Source: an uncultured cyanobacterium (GTDB lineage Bacteria; Cyanobacteriota; Cyanobacteriia; Cyanobacteriales; CAWUOF01). From it: 64,000 nucleotides of DNA. This document shows positions 29,548-40,300 of this stretch, piece after piece (position 1 is the stretch's first letter; the number at the start of each line of letters is the position of its first letter). A model generated the notes under the pieces. It was given only the letters and a program-made list of their open reading frames with translations, was not told where the DNA came from and made no database searches. The position numbers and the translations under genes were made by a program. The stretch is taken from the NCBI GenBank assembly GCA_963744145.1, contig CAVUSO010000001.1:352001-416000 (forward strand), written 5' to 3'.

Positions 29548-30231
29548 GGATATTTGAGGAGCAGCGATCGCGATTACTCCATAGACAGAAATTCCAGCTT
29601 TAATGAGTGTTTCTGCTGCATAATTAACAGTTGTTCCTGTAGTATAAACATCATCAAGTAAGAGGATTGAGCGCTGAGGACGATGTTCCTTAAAAGGTTT
29701 TCCTAAAGCGAAAGCTCCCACTAGATTGTTTTCTCGTTCGGTTTTAGATTTACCAACTTGAGACTCAGTTGCTCGGACTTTTACTAAACCTTGGGGTGCT
29801 AAAGGTAAACCAACTAAATTGCAAAATCTTCTCCCAATTAATTCTGTTTGATTAAATCCTCTTTGTTTTTGTTTGCTAGCATGGAGAGGAATCGGTACTA
29901 CTATTAGTTTGGGATTGGTTTTAAAAGCAGGAGAATGGGGATTTTTACTCCAGGTTTGGGCTAAATATTCACCGATTAGATCAGCAATTTCGGGGTGATT
30001 TTCATATTTTAGAGCTGCGATCGCTCTTTTTAAAGCACCGTCATAGTTTCCCCAAATAAATACTGGTAATTTTCCTGACCAAGATTTACTAGGGTTAGAT
30101 TTTTGACAATGTTGAATTTGTTGTTGACAATATTTGCATAGCTGAGATTCGGTTGAGCGTTGACAAAGTGGACATTTTGATTTATAGATGATGTTTAAAC
30201 AATTGTTGAATATTTGTGCCCAGTTGCTCAT
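29530..30231 (-). CDS. comF: ComF family amidophosphoribosyltransferase-like competence protein
   Basis: CPLC/CKYC zinc finger, VPIPLH, RGFNQ, LLDDVYTTGTT; likely start MSNWAQ at 30231. Confidence 0.9.
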   Translation of the reverse strand: MSNWAQIFNNCLNIIYKSKCPLCQRSTESQLCKYCQQQIQHCQKSNPSKSWSGKLPVFIWGNYDGALKRAIAALKYENHPEIADLIGEYLAQTWSKNPHSPAFKTNPKLIVVPIPLHASKQKQRGFNQTELIGRRFCNLVGLPLAPQGLVKVRATESQVGKSKTERENNLVGAFALGKPFKEHRPQRSILLLDDVYTTGTTVNYAAETLIKAGISVYGVIAIAAPQISLTKPD

Positions 30232-30332
30232 TTTGCTGACCTGATTTGGTGAGAACCTGGTAATTTTAGATGATCTAGTTCTGAACTTATACCAATTTTT
30301 TATGAGGGTGCGTACATGAGCAAATCTGTGGG

Positions 30333-30452
30333 TAAGTACCTGGACAAAAATAAACAGTGCCATACGAGGGTTGCGGAACTACCTCAAAACCTTGCGATTG
30401 CTTCGCTTCGCTCGCAATGACATACTTACGTTTATTTATGTCCGACTACTTA
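30333..30452. mobile_element. Short MITE with about 23-bp imperfect terminal inverted repeats
   Basis: TAAGTACCTGGACAAAAATAAAC ... GTTTATTTATGTCCGACTACTTA; internal TTGCGATTGCTTCGCTTCGCTCGCAATGAC palindrome. Confidence 0.65.
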
Positions 30453-30499
30453 GCATAGTTACAATGATAATTTAATCTACTGAAGGATGATCTTATTTT

Positions 30500-31063
30500 A
30501 TGGTACTTCCGATTCAGATCTATAGTCGTGAAGAATATTTAAGTTTAGAAATTGACGCTGATGGTCGCAGTGAATATCACAACGGAGAGATTATTCCCAT
30601 GTCTGGTGGTACTCCCAACCATAATGAAATTGTTGGTGCTTTGACCGTTATACTTAGGGTTGCTTTAAAAGGTAAGGGATTACAAGTATTTGCTTCTGAT
30701 CAACGATTATGGATTCCTCAATCTCAAGTTTATACCTATCCTGATTTAATGGTTGTTTCTCGTCCAATTCAGTTACAAGAAGGACGCAAAGATACTGTGA
30801 TTGAGCCTATTTTTATAGGAGAGGTATTATCTAATTCTACTAAGAATTATGACCGGGGTGAAAAGTTTGTTCATTATCGAACAATTTCCAGCTTTCAAGA
30901 ATATTTGTTAATTGACCAATCTCAACCTCATGTTGAGAAATATGTTAAGCAAGAGCTGGATGAATGGTTGTTTAAGGAATATCATGGTTTAGATGCTAGG
31001 GTGACTCTTTCTTCTCTTGGGGTAGAGTTTGGTTTGTCTGATTTGTACGAAGATGTCTGTTAA
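30500..31063 (+). CDS. Uma2 (DUF820) family protein
   Basis: RSEYHNGEIIPMSGG, YTYPDLMV and EVLSNSTKNYDRGEKF motifs. Confidence 0.92.
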   Translation: MVLPIQIYSREEYLSLEIDADGRSEYHNGEIIPMSGGTPNHNEIVGALTVILRVALKGKGLQVFASDQRLWIPQSQVYTYPDLMVVSRPIQLQEGRKDTVIEPIFIGEVLSNSTKNYDRGEKFVHYRTISSFQEYLLIDQSQPHVEKYVKQELDEWLFKEYHGLDARVTLSSLGVEFGLSDLYEDVC

Positions 31064-31094
31064 TTTTAGATCCAAAAGATGATCAATGCGATCG

Positions 31095-32042
31095 CTAATT
31101 AGCCAGAATAAATTCCCGACGTGGTACTTCATAACACAAAAAATCATAAGCCATAATTGTATTGGGAAAAATTGCTCGCGCTTCGTTGAGTAAATCATCC
31201 AGAATAATTGAATTACCAGGAGCATAGCGAGGACTGAAATGAGTCATAACTAATTGTTTTACCCCTGCGGAAAGAGCAACTTGAGCTGCCATAGTTGAAG
31301 TTGAATGTAAGCGATCGTAAGCTAGTTGAGCATCTTGATGAGCAAAGGTCGCTTCGTGAATTAATACATCTGCATCTGTAGCTAATTCTACGGCTCCATC
31401 ACAATAAATTGTGTCAGTACAATAAACAATTTTACGCCCAATTTCTTTCGGTCCACAGAGATCCAGTCCATTAATTTTACGTCCGTCTGGTAAAGTTACG
31501 ATTTCACCACGTTTCAGTTGACCATAAATTGGACCAGAAGGAATTCCTAGTGCATTGGCTTTTTCTACATTAAAACGTCCAGGTCGATCTTTTTCCGCAA
31601 TTCGATACCCCACTGCGGGTATCCGATGTTTCAGTAGTCCGCAACTCACTATATATTCTTCATCTTCAAAAAGTATACCAGGTTCTGATTTGTAGATTTT
31701 GATTGGGTAAGAAAAATGAGTTTGAGAATAACGTACAGCTCCTTGGAGATATTTCTCTAAATCCGATGGACCATAAATGTCGATCCGATTTGGTTGTCCA
31801 CCTAAACCAGCACTAGCTAAAAGACCAGGTAATCCAAAGATATGATCACCGTGCATATGGGTGATAAAAAGTCGCGTTAATTGACTGATTTTTAATTCAC
31901 TCCGTAGTAGTTGATGTTGAGTTCCTTCTCCACAGTCGAATAACCAGAATTCTGCTCTTTGGGGTAGACGTAAAGCAATACTGGAAACATTACGCGATCG
32001 CGTTGGGACACCTGAGCTTGTTCCTAAAAAAGTGATTTGCAT
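31095..32042 (-). CDS. rnz: Ribonuclease Z
   Basis: [32 protein letters not shown] and THFSPRY motifs. Confidence 0.97.
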   Translation of the reverse strand: MQITFLGTSSGVPTRSRNVSSIALRLPQRAEFWLFDCGEGTQHQLLRSELKISQLTRLFITHMHGDHIFGLPGLLASAGLGGQPNRIDIYGPSDLEKYLQGAVRYSQTHFSYPIKIYKSEPGILFEDEEYIVSCGLLKHRIPAVGYRIAEKDRPGRFNVEKANALGIPSGPIYGQLKRGEIVTLPDGRKINGLDLCGPKEIGRKIVYCTDTIYCDGAVELATDADVLIHEATFAHQDAQLAYDRLHSTSTMAAQVALSAGVKQLVMTHFSPRYAPGNSIILDDLLNEARAIFPNTIMAYDFLCYEVPRREFILAN

Positions 32043-32078
32043 TATTTAAGGGTAATGTAAATTGACTAATTTATCCTT

Positions 32079-35000
32079 TTACCAAGGACTCCCAATCATC
32101 GTAAATCCTGACCAATAATAAGGATGGGATAACTTTTTAATGTTGAAATTAGAGCTGAGATGAGGTAAAGAGATATCTCCAAATGTCCCATATAATTTAC
32201 CATTTTCGATCCGGACTTGACCTCGTAACATCGCTAATTGAGCGCGACGTAACGCTTCTGCTTTAATTGGTGCGGTTTTTAATTGCTGATAAAATTCAGC
32301 CATTAATCCTAAAGTGCCTTCATCGCTGATTGACCATAAACTAGCTAGAGCAGACTTTACTCCAGCTTGTACAGCTAATCCAGCAAAACCCAACTCAGCT
32401 TGTTCGTCCCCCACAGCAGTCCGACAAGCACTTAACACCAGCATTTCTATTTGCTTGTCATTCCATTGTAATTCGTTTAATTTATTAATGGTTAACTGAC
32501 TATCCCAAAGTTGTATATAAGATTTACTGCTATCTCCGGGTTGGAACTCTGCGTGAGTAGCGAGGTGAACCAGTTGAAAATGATCGCGTCCAGGTAAGGT
32601 TTTGAGATTATCTAGAGTAAATTTTTCATTTAGTAAAGATTTACCTGGCCAAATTTGTGATGTAATCGTTGATAATTCGAGGGGTACTCCAGGTAAAGGG
32701 CTCAGGGTTTTAAATTGGTCAGCTCCCATGGCTAAAACTGGAAGGTTTTTTACAGATTCATAGTGTGTATCGGTTAAACTCACGCTGGGAATCATCCCTA
32801 GGCTATATTGTTCAATTAAAAATTGTTTACCATCGGACAATGCAGCTAAGGGAATCAGACGTAATCCTGCATCCATTGAAAAAATTAGGGTGTTAATCTT
32901 GAGCGCATCTAGATTAGGTTTTAGTGGTAAAATTAGCCAAGAATAAAGTTTTTCAGCCGGAGTTAGATAATTTTTAAAATGTCGTTGTTCAGGAGAAGTA
33001 ATGCTAGTGCGTAATTGATCTACAGTCTTAAGTAAAAGCTGACGATTAGTAGTCCGAATGGTTTTGACGATCGGCGGACCTGATGGTACTACTAATAGTA
33101 ATTGGAGGTTGTCTTGATAAGCGATCGCATAAACAATTACCGCATTGCTGCCAGTTTCGCGAGCAATTTTTTTGAGGCTATTTCTAATACTTTGAGCTGT
33201 GGCTTTTTGGTGGTTTGGTTCTTTCTCTAAAGTGTCTAAATAGGTTTGAGTCCGAATTTCGTCTACTTGAGAAATTGCCTCATCTAAATTGTTAGCAGCG
33301 ATGCTATATGCTAGATTTTGATTAGCGATCGCCTGTTGTAAATTAGAAAACTGAGATAAATTTGGATTGAGAGGTGGTTCTGGATTAGTAGTTGGTTTTG
33401 CTTGGGGATTAGGATTATAGGTTGATTCAGATGTTACCAAAGTTTTTGGTTCAGAGTTATCTTTAGGTGGAGGTATTTGTTGATTATTAGATGAATCAAG
33501 CAATTTATCAGTTATACTGGATTTTATGCTATTTTCTTCTGGATTATAACTAATAATATTCTGATCATTATCTGGACTTGATTCCGATAAATTACTTGCA
33601 GTTTGAGAATTAGAATTAGAGCCAGGTACATCAATATTTAGACTGAGAACTGGTTGATTTACTAGCGACCAGACAAAGTTGTAGCTTCCTGTTTCCAGAT
33701 TCTGATTAATATTAGTTTTAGTTCCGATCAGATCACCAATTAAATATGCTAAAGATTCAAATAAATTATTACCAGCAATATTATTAGAAATTGACGATGT
33801 GGAGGTAGATCCTGGTGTTGGTGTGGAGGTAGATCCGGATGTGGAAGTAGATCCTGGTGTTGGTGTGGAGGTAGATCCGGATGTGGAAGTAGATCCTGGT
33901 ATTGGTGTGGAAGTAGATCCGGATATGGAAGTAGATCCTGGTGTGGAAGTAGAAGTAGATCCGGATGTGGAAGTAGATCCTGGTATTGGTGTGGAAGTAG
34001 ATCCGGATGTGGAAGTAGATCCTGGTGTGGAAGTAGATCCGGATGTGGAAGTAGATCCTGGTGTAGAGGTAGAAGTAGATCCGGATGTGGAAGTAGATCC
34101 TGGTATTGGTGTGGAAGTAGATCCGGATGTGGAAGTAGATCCTGGTGTAGAGGTAGAAGTAGATCCGGATGTGGAGGTAGATCCTGGTGTGGAGGTAGAT
34201 CCTGGTGTGATTGGTGTGGAAGTAGATCCTGGTGTGATTGGTAATGGAGAAGGAACTGGAATAGGATTGGGAATAGATATAATTTGAAGCCTATTTGCAT
34301 CTTGAGTATAAGTGTAGAGATAAGATGCTAGTGGCAAAATAGTTTCTACTGGTAAAGCATTTCCTCTGGTAATAGCTCCTGTAGTACCGTTTGTAGTTGA
34401 ATTACCGACAATAAAAGGTGTAGTTCCATTTCCTCCATGATGGATAATTACCGAACCACCATTTACTTTGCTAGCAGTAGAAATACTAGCATTGACACCA
34501 TTGATATCTGTGAAAGTACCATTAGCTTGGAAGAAATTTTTAGTGGTAACATCCACATTACCTCCTGTACCACTAGCAAGACTTTGAGCATTAATTTCGC
34601 TTAGGGTAATATTGCCATTGCTAGAAAGATTTATATTACCAGCATTTCCCGAGTTAGCAGAATTTAAAGAATTAGTAGAAATATTACCGTTGCTACTAAC
34701 TAGAGAAATTCCTGGTGCTGAGGTAATATTACCTGTGGTTGTGATGTTATTTGTAGTTGTAATATTTACACCAGATAGCGATGTGTTATTAATGTCACCC
34801 TGAACATAAACATTGTTGAGAGGTGTCGTTTTACCTACATTATTTAATTGGACTTTGTTGCTACCAGATATAATAGAAAGGTCATAGTTACCGTCAACAT
34901 TATTATTAAGAGTAATGTTACCTGCATTATAGGTAGTCAGAGATACATTTCCACTCAGAACTAATTTAGGATCGATCGTTAGGTCTTGATTATTGGTAGC

Positions 35001-37178
35001 AATATTACCATTAGCAATAATCTGGTTACCAGCGTTAAGATTAATCTGTCCACCATTACTAGATAAGGAAACAGCATTAATATCTTTGATCTCTAAATTA
35101 CCATTAGTAGCATTAATCGCAATATTCCCACCAGTACCCAGCGCAGAAGTTGTAATTAATGGACCGGCTGTAGTATTAATATTACCATTGTTACTATTAA
35201 GCGTAATTGTCCCACTATTACCACCAAAACCACTAACGATTGTCGTAATATTACCAGTGGTAATATTTTTTTCTGCGTTCATCAAAATATTACCACCATT
35301 AATCCCTCCCGCAGTATTAAGAATTCCTCCACTAGTATCGATCGCACCATTTGAGGAGAGTAGTGTAATATTGCCACCAGTGGTTAGTCCATTAGATAAA
35401 ATTCCCTGAATCGTAATGTTACCAGTAGCATTAAGTTGAACATTACCACCCATATCACTTTTAGCAGCGAAAGAGCTAATTAATCCTGTAGAAATATTGC
35501 CGTTAGCATTAAATGTAATTTCCCCTCCATTACCATTTAGACTGGTAGAATCAATAATGGCTCCTGTCGTATCAATATTGCCATTACTACTATTGAAAGT
35601 AATATTTCCCCCAGTGGAAAGAATTGTTTGAGTCTGAATATTACCAGTAGCTGATAAGTCTACTTTTAACGGTAAGGGCAAAAGTGTTAAAATATTGCCA
35701 ACGTTAATATTTGCTGGAGATGATGGGGAAGTTTTCTGAAAGGTTGTTAGTCCTGTAATGTAGGGAAAACTAACATTATCTATTGTATTATTTACCCCAG
35801 CATGTAAGATCACGACGGGATTGTTCGGATCTAATGTCGGATCAGTTCCTGTAATTACAATTGTATTTGCTGTAATACTTCCTCCCGCGACTACTTTGAG
35901 CGAACTACCTACATAATTTCCAAAGGTAACATCTCCATCAGATGTAATCGTCGGATCGAACAAACTGAAAAAATTTCCTGTTTCACCCGCTAAATTCTGA
36001 ATCGTAAAGTTACCTTTAGTAATATAATGAGCATCACCAGAGATTTTACCGTCACTAATTAACGTTAAGTCTCCTCCAATCTGGAAAGGTGTTTCTGGAT
36101 GATGCAATGCAAGAATATCAATTCCTTGATTACCTCTAATGACTAAATTACCACCTGTTTGAGCAAGAAATGGTTTGGTTTCACTATCTCGAATCCTGAC
36201 TGTATCCTGTGCTAAAAGATTTAAGTCTCCTGTCGTATGGAGTTGACTTTCTACTAAGGTTAAATTGTGGTTAGCTGCTAAGGTTGCTGTTTGAGTGTTT
36301 AGGTTTTGAACTAATACATCTCCGTTTTCGATCCGGATTCCTGAACCAGTTAATTCGACTGTTCCATTGGGATTAATTGTTAATTGATTGGCATTTTCAA
36401 CCCCACCACCTGTGAGTAATTGAGGTAAGGAAGAAGTTGTAATAGTACCAGATGAATTTGTGCTAGTCGGGGGAGATATTTCTAAACTTAAAAGATGATT
36501 AGGTTGGCTAATTTTCAGGACATTTGACCCAGGAACTGCGGCTATATTAATTTGTCCATCTGGAGCATTTAAGACACCCTGACTGATAACTGTACCACCT
36601 AATAAGTTTAAATTTTGTCTAGATTTTACCGTTAAATTTCCCAAGTTAATAATGCTTTCTGGTTGTGTTGTCGTGAAAGCAAAAGCGCTGGGGGTTCCGA
36701 CTAAAGTCTGATAGCTATTGTTACCTTGAGCATTAAACCATAAATTGCTACCAAATCCGATCGCATTAGCTGTTGTAGCAGTAAATGCAGCTGGGACATT
36801 TAAACTAGCATTAGCTCCAAATATGATCCCCGATGGATTAATTAAAAATAAGTTAGAATTACCACCAGTTACTTGAATTCGACCATTGATGACAGAAGCT
36901 TGACCACCCGTTACCCGACCTAATATATTTTGAATGTTTGGTTGTGATTGAAAGTTGGCAATTTGACCGGAATTAAGATTAAATTTGGTAAAACTATGAA
37001 AAAGATTAACTTGATCTGTCGATCGCTGTCCTCCCTGAATATTAAATTGATTCCCCACAGTAGTAACAATTGTATTCGTCCCATCCTTTGCTGGGCTGAT
37101 CGTTTGAGCTGATCCAGGTAGAGCCAAATTTATACTATATATAGCCAGTCCAGTTATTACCAACAGTTTTTTTTTCAT
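32079..37178 (-). CDS. FHA/TPS N-terminal domain + beta-helix + S/T/P/G repeat + CHAT peptidase fusion
   Basis: NLFHSFTKF, NPSGI, PGSTSTSGSTST repeats, HLATHAEF, LSACRTA, HPYYWSGFTMIGSPW. Confidence 0.92.
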   Translation of the reverse strand: MKKKLLVITGLAIYSINLALPGSAQTISPAKDGTNTIVTTVGNQFNIQGGQRSTDQVNLFHSFTKFNLNSGQIANFQSQPNIQNILGRVTGGQASVINGRIQVTGGNSNLFLINPSGIIFGANASLNVPAAFTATTANAIGFGSNLWFNAQGNNSYQTLVGTPSAFAFTTTQPESIINLGNLTVKSRQNLNLLGGTVISQGVLNAPDGQINIAAVPGSNVLKISQPNHLLSLEISPPTSTNSSGTITTSSLPQLLTGGGVENANQLTINPNGTVELTGSGIRIENGDVLVQNLNTQTATLAANHNLTLVESQLHTTGDLNLLAQDTVRIRDSETKPFLAQTGGNLVIRGNQGIDILALHHPETPFQIGGDLTLISDGKISGDAHYITKGNFTIQNLAGETGNFFSLFDPTITSDGDVTFGNYVGSSLKVVAGGSITANTIVITGTDPTLDPNNPVVILHAGVNNTIDNVSFPYITGLTTFQKTSPSSPANINVGNILTLLPLPLKVDLSATGNIQTQTILSTGGNITFNSSNGNIDTTGAIIDSTSLNGNGGEITFNANGNISTGLISSFAAKSDMGGNVQLNATGNITIQGILSNGLTTGGNITLLSSNGAIDTSGGILNTAGGINGGNILMNAEKNITTGNITTIVSGFGGNSGTITLNSNNGNINTTAGPLITTSALGTGGNIAINATNGNLEIKDINAVSLSSNGGQINLNAGNQIIANGNIATNNQDLTIDPKLVLSGNVSLTTYNAGNITLNNNVDGNYDLSIISGSNKVQLNNVGKTTPLNNVYVQGDINNTSLSGVNITTTNNITTTGNITSAPGISLVSSNGNISTNSLNSANSGNAGNINLSSNGNITLSEINAQSLASGTGGNVDVTTKNFFQANGTFTDINGVNASISTASKVNGGSVIIHHGGNGTTPFIVGNSTTNGTTGAITRGNALPVETILPLASYLYTYTQDANRLQIISIPNPIPVPSPLPITPGSTSTPITPGSTSTPGSTSTSGSTSTSTPGSTSTSGSTSTPIPGSTSTSGSTSTSTPGSTSTSGSTSTPGSTSTSGSTSTPIPGSTSTSGSTSTSTPGSTSISGSTSTPIPGSTSTSGSTSTPTPGSTSTSGSTSTPTPGSTSTSSISNNIAGNNLFESLAYLIGDLIGTKTNINQNLETGSYNFVWSLVNQPVLSLNIDVPGSNSNSQTASNLSESSPDNDQNIISYNPEENSIKSSITDKLLDSSNNQQIPPPKDNSEPKTLVTSESTYNPNPQAKPTTNPEPPLNPNLSQFSNLQQAIANQNLAYSIAANNLDEAISQVDEIRTQTYLDTLEKEPNHQKATAQSIRNSLKKIARETGSNAVIVYAIAYQDNLQLLLVVPSGPPIVKTIRTTNRQLLLKTVDQLRTSITSPEQRHFKNYLTPAEKLYSWLILPLKPNLDALKINTLIFSMDAGLRLIPLAALSDGKQFLIEQYSLGMIPSVSLTDTHYESVKNLPVLAMGADQFKTLSPLPGVPLELSTITSQIWPGKSLLNEKFTLDNLKTLPGRDHFQLVHLATHAEFQPGDSSKSYIQLWDSQLTINKLNELQWNDKQIEMLVLSACRTAVGDEQAELGFAGLAVQAGVKSALASLWSISDEGTLGLMAEFYQQLKTAPIKAEALRRAQLAMLRGQVRIENGKLYGTFGDISLPHLSSNFNIKKLSHPYYWSGFTMIGSPW
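33797..34240 (-). repeat. Coding tandem repeat (PGSTST/SGSTST, 18-24 nt units)
   Basis: GTGGAAGTAGATCC-based units visible on the + strand. Confidence 0.9.
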
Positions 37179-37331
37179 TTTTGAGATTTTTTAAGAAAAT
37201 AACCAGGTTATTAATATTTTGATGCTAAAAAAGGTTAAAAATAAAAATTATGCAGCGATCGGCTCACTGACTGGGTAGACGGTGACTACTTTGAAATAGT
37301 TCCCTTAATTATGCAAGATTTAAGCGATTCT

Positions 37332-40300
37332 TTACCAAGGACTACCAATCATCGTAAAACCAGACCAATAGTAAGGATGGGCTAAATTAGATTTTTCTAG
37401 ATTACCCAGTTGAGATGGTAAAGACACATCACCACCTTCTCCACGAATGACACCACTATCAATAGTTATTTTTTTCTGAATCATGGAGATTTGTGCTTGA
37501 CGTAGTGCTTCAGATTTAATAGGGACTATTTTTAATTGTCGATAAAACTCACTCATCAATGCTAAAGTCCCTTCATCACTGACATACCAGAGACTCGCTA
37601 ATACCGATTTTACCCCAGCTTGCACGCTTAAACCAGCAAAACCTAATTCCGTTCTATCATCCTCAAGTGCTGTCCGACAAGCACTTAATACTAACAACTG
37701 AGTCGTGGGATGATTTAATTGTAATTGCTGAATCTGGTCTAAAGTTAACCTAGTATCTGAAAATTGAATATAGCTATTTTTAGCAACTCCTGGTTGGAAT
37801 TCTCCATGAGTAGCTAAATGCACAATGTCAAAATTACCAGAAGCACGCTGATTTCTTAGCTTCTCTAAAGTGAAATCTTTATTCAAGAAAGATTTTCCAG
37901 ACCAATTTTTTAGAATTGATGATAACTCAGCTGGTACTGAAGGTAAAGGACTTTGTTCTTTAAATTCGCTTGCTCCCATTGCCAACACTTGAGAATTTCT
38001 AATATCTTTATAGCTGGTATCAGTTAAACTGAGGCTAGGGATTAATCCAATACTATATTTTTCAATTAAAAAGTTTTTACCATCATGTAAAGCGGCGATC
38101 GGTAAGGAACGTAAACCACTATCCATGCTAAATAACAAAAGTTTAATTCCTTGTGCTTGTAATTCTTTTTCGATCGGAGCAATTAGCCACTTATAAAGCT
38201 GCTGAGAAGATGCTAAATAGGTAGTTGTATTGCGACGAGTAGGAGATGTAACTTCATAACGGAATCTTTGGATCATCGGCATCAAAATCTGATCAGAAAT
38301 TGGAACACTTTTAACCATCGATTTACCGTCAGCTGTTACTAATACTAATTGTAATTGATCCGGCAAAACAATCGTATAAAATAAAGCGGGTTTAATTCCA
38401 GTTTGGGAGTAAATATTAGTCAAGGAATCATGGATGTTTTTATTGGTCATGACCTCACTAAAATTTTTACCTAACAAACCTCCTAATTCTTGACTGCGGA
38501 TTGATTCAATTTGCGGAATAGCTTTAACTGGATTGCTGATGTCAATAGTGCTATTAATACTAGTATTAGAAAATGTTGCACTAGAAACTGGATTTGATAC
38601 TATACCTAAAGATGATGTTGGAGTTGGAGTTGGAGTTGGAGTTGGGGTTGAAGATGGAGAGCTAATTGCGATCGCAGATGGTTGTGGTTGTAAACTTTGA
38701 GTTGAGGGTATTTGTAAACTTTGAGTTTGGGGTATTTGTAAACTTTGGGTTGAGGGTATTTGCAAAATTTGGGTTTGGGGTATTTGCAAACTTTGAACCT
38801 GAGATGATTGCCAAGTTTGATTTTCACTTTGGGAGTGAGATAATTGTGTTTGACTTGGAGATAATTGCTGACTTTGAACTGGTTGAGATTGACTTTGGAC
38901 TGGTTGAGATTGACTTTGAACTGGTTGAGATTGACTTTGGACTGGTTGAGATTGACTTTGAACTGGTTGGGATTGACTACTTTGTGATTTAGATAATTCT
39001 CCACTTTGAGATGATTGAGGTTGATCACTATGAGATGATTGAGATTGATCGCTTTGAGATGATTGAGGTTGATCACTATGAGATGATTGAGGTTGATCGC
39101 TTTGAGATGATTGAGGTTGATCACTATGAGATGATTGAGGTTGATCACTATGAGATGATTGAGATTGGCTATTAAGAAGTAGAGATTTACTTTGATTACT
39201 TTGAGGTTGAGATCGATTACCTTGAGATTGATTACCTTGGAATTGAGATTGATTACCTTGAGATTGATTAACTTGGGATTGGGATTGATTAACTTGAGGT
39301 TGATTACCTTGGAATTGATTAACTTGAGGTTGATTAACTTGGGATTGGGATTGATTACCTTGGAATTGATTAACTTGAGGTTGATTAACTTGGGATTGGG
39401 ATTGATTAACTTGAGGTTGATTAACTTGGGATTGGGATTGATTAACTTGAGGTTGATTAACTTGGAATTGGGATTGATTACCTTGAGGTTGATTACCTTG
39501 GGATTGGGATTGATTACCTTGAGGTTGATTACCTTGGAATTGGGATTGATTACCTTGAGGTTGATTACCTTGGAATTGGGATTGATTACCTTGAGGTTGA
39601 TTAACTTGGGATTGGGATTGATTACCTTGGAATTGATTAACTTGAGGTTGATTACCTTGGAATTGGGATTGATTAACTTGAGGTTGATTAACTTGGGATT
39701 GGGATTGATTACCTTGGAATTGATTAACTTGAGGTTGATTAACTTGGGATTGGGATTGATTACCTTGGAATTGATTAACTTGAGGTTGATTAACTTGGGA
39801 TTGGGATTGATTACCTTGAGGTTGATTAACTTGGGATGGGGATTGATTAACTTGAGGTTGATTACCTTGGGATTGGAATTGATTACCTTGGGATTGATTA
39901 CCTTGAGGTTGATTACCTTGGGATTGATTACCTTGGGATTGATTACCTTGAGGTTGATTACCTTGGAATTGGGATTGATTACCCTGAGATTGATTACCTT
40001 GGGATTGATTACCTTGGGATTGATTACCTTGGGATTGATTACCTTGGGATTGATTACCTTGGGATTGATTACCTTGGGATTGATTACCTTGGGATTGATT
40101 ACCCTGAGATTGATTACCTTGGGATTGATTACCCTGAGATTGATTACTTTGAGATTGATTACCCTGAGATTGATTACCTTGGGATTGATTACCCTGAGAT
40201 TGATTACCTTGGGATTGATTACCCTGAGATTGATTACCTTGGGATTGATTACCCTGAGATTGATTACCTTGGGATTGATTACCCTGAGATTGACTACCCT

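Noticed and set aside
33749-34300. ORFs with DLLPH (-) and VEVDP (+) repeats
   Set aside because: Alternative frames of the PGSTST coding repeat
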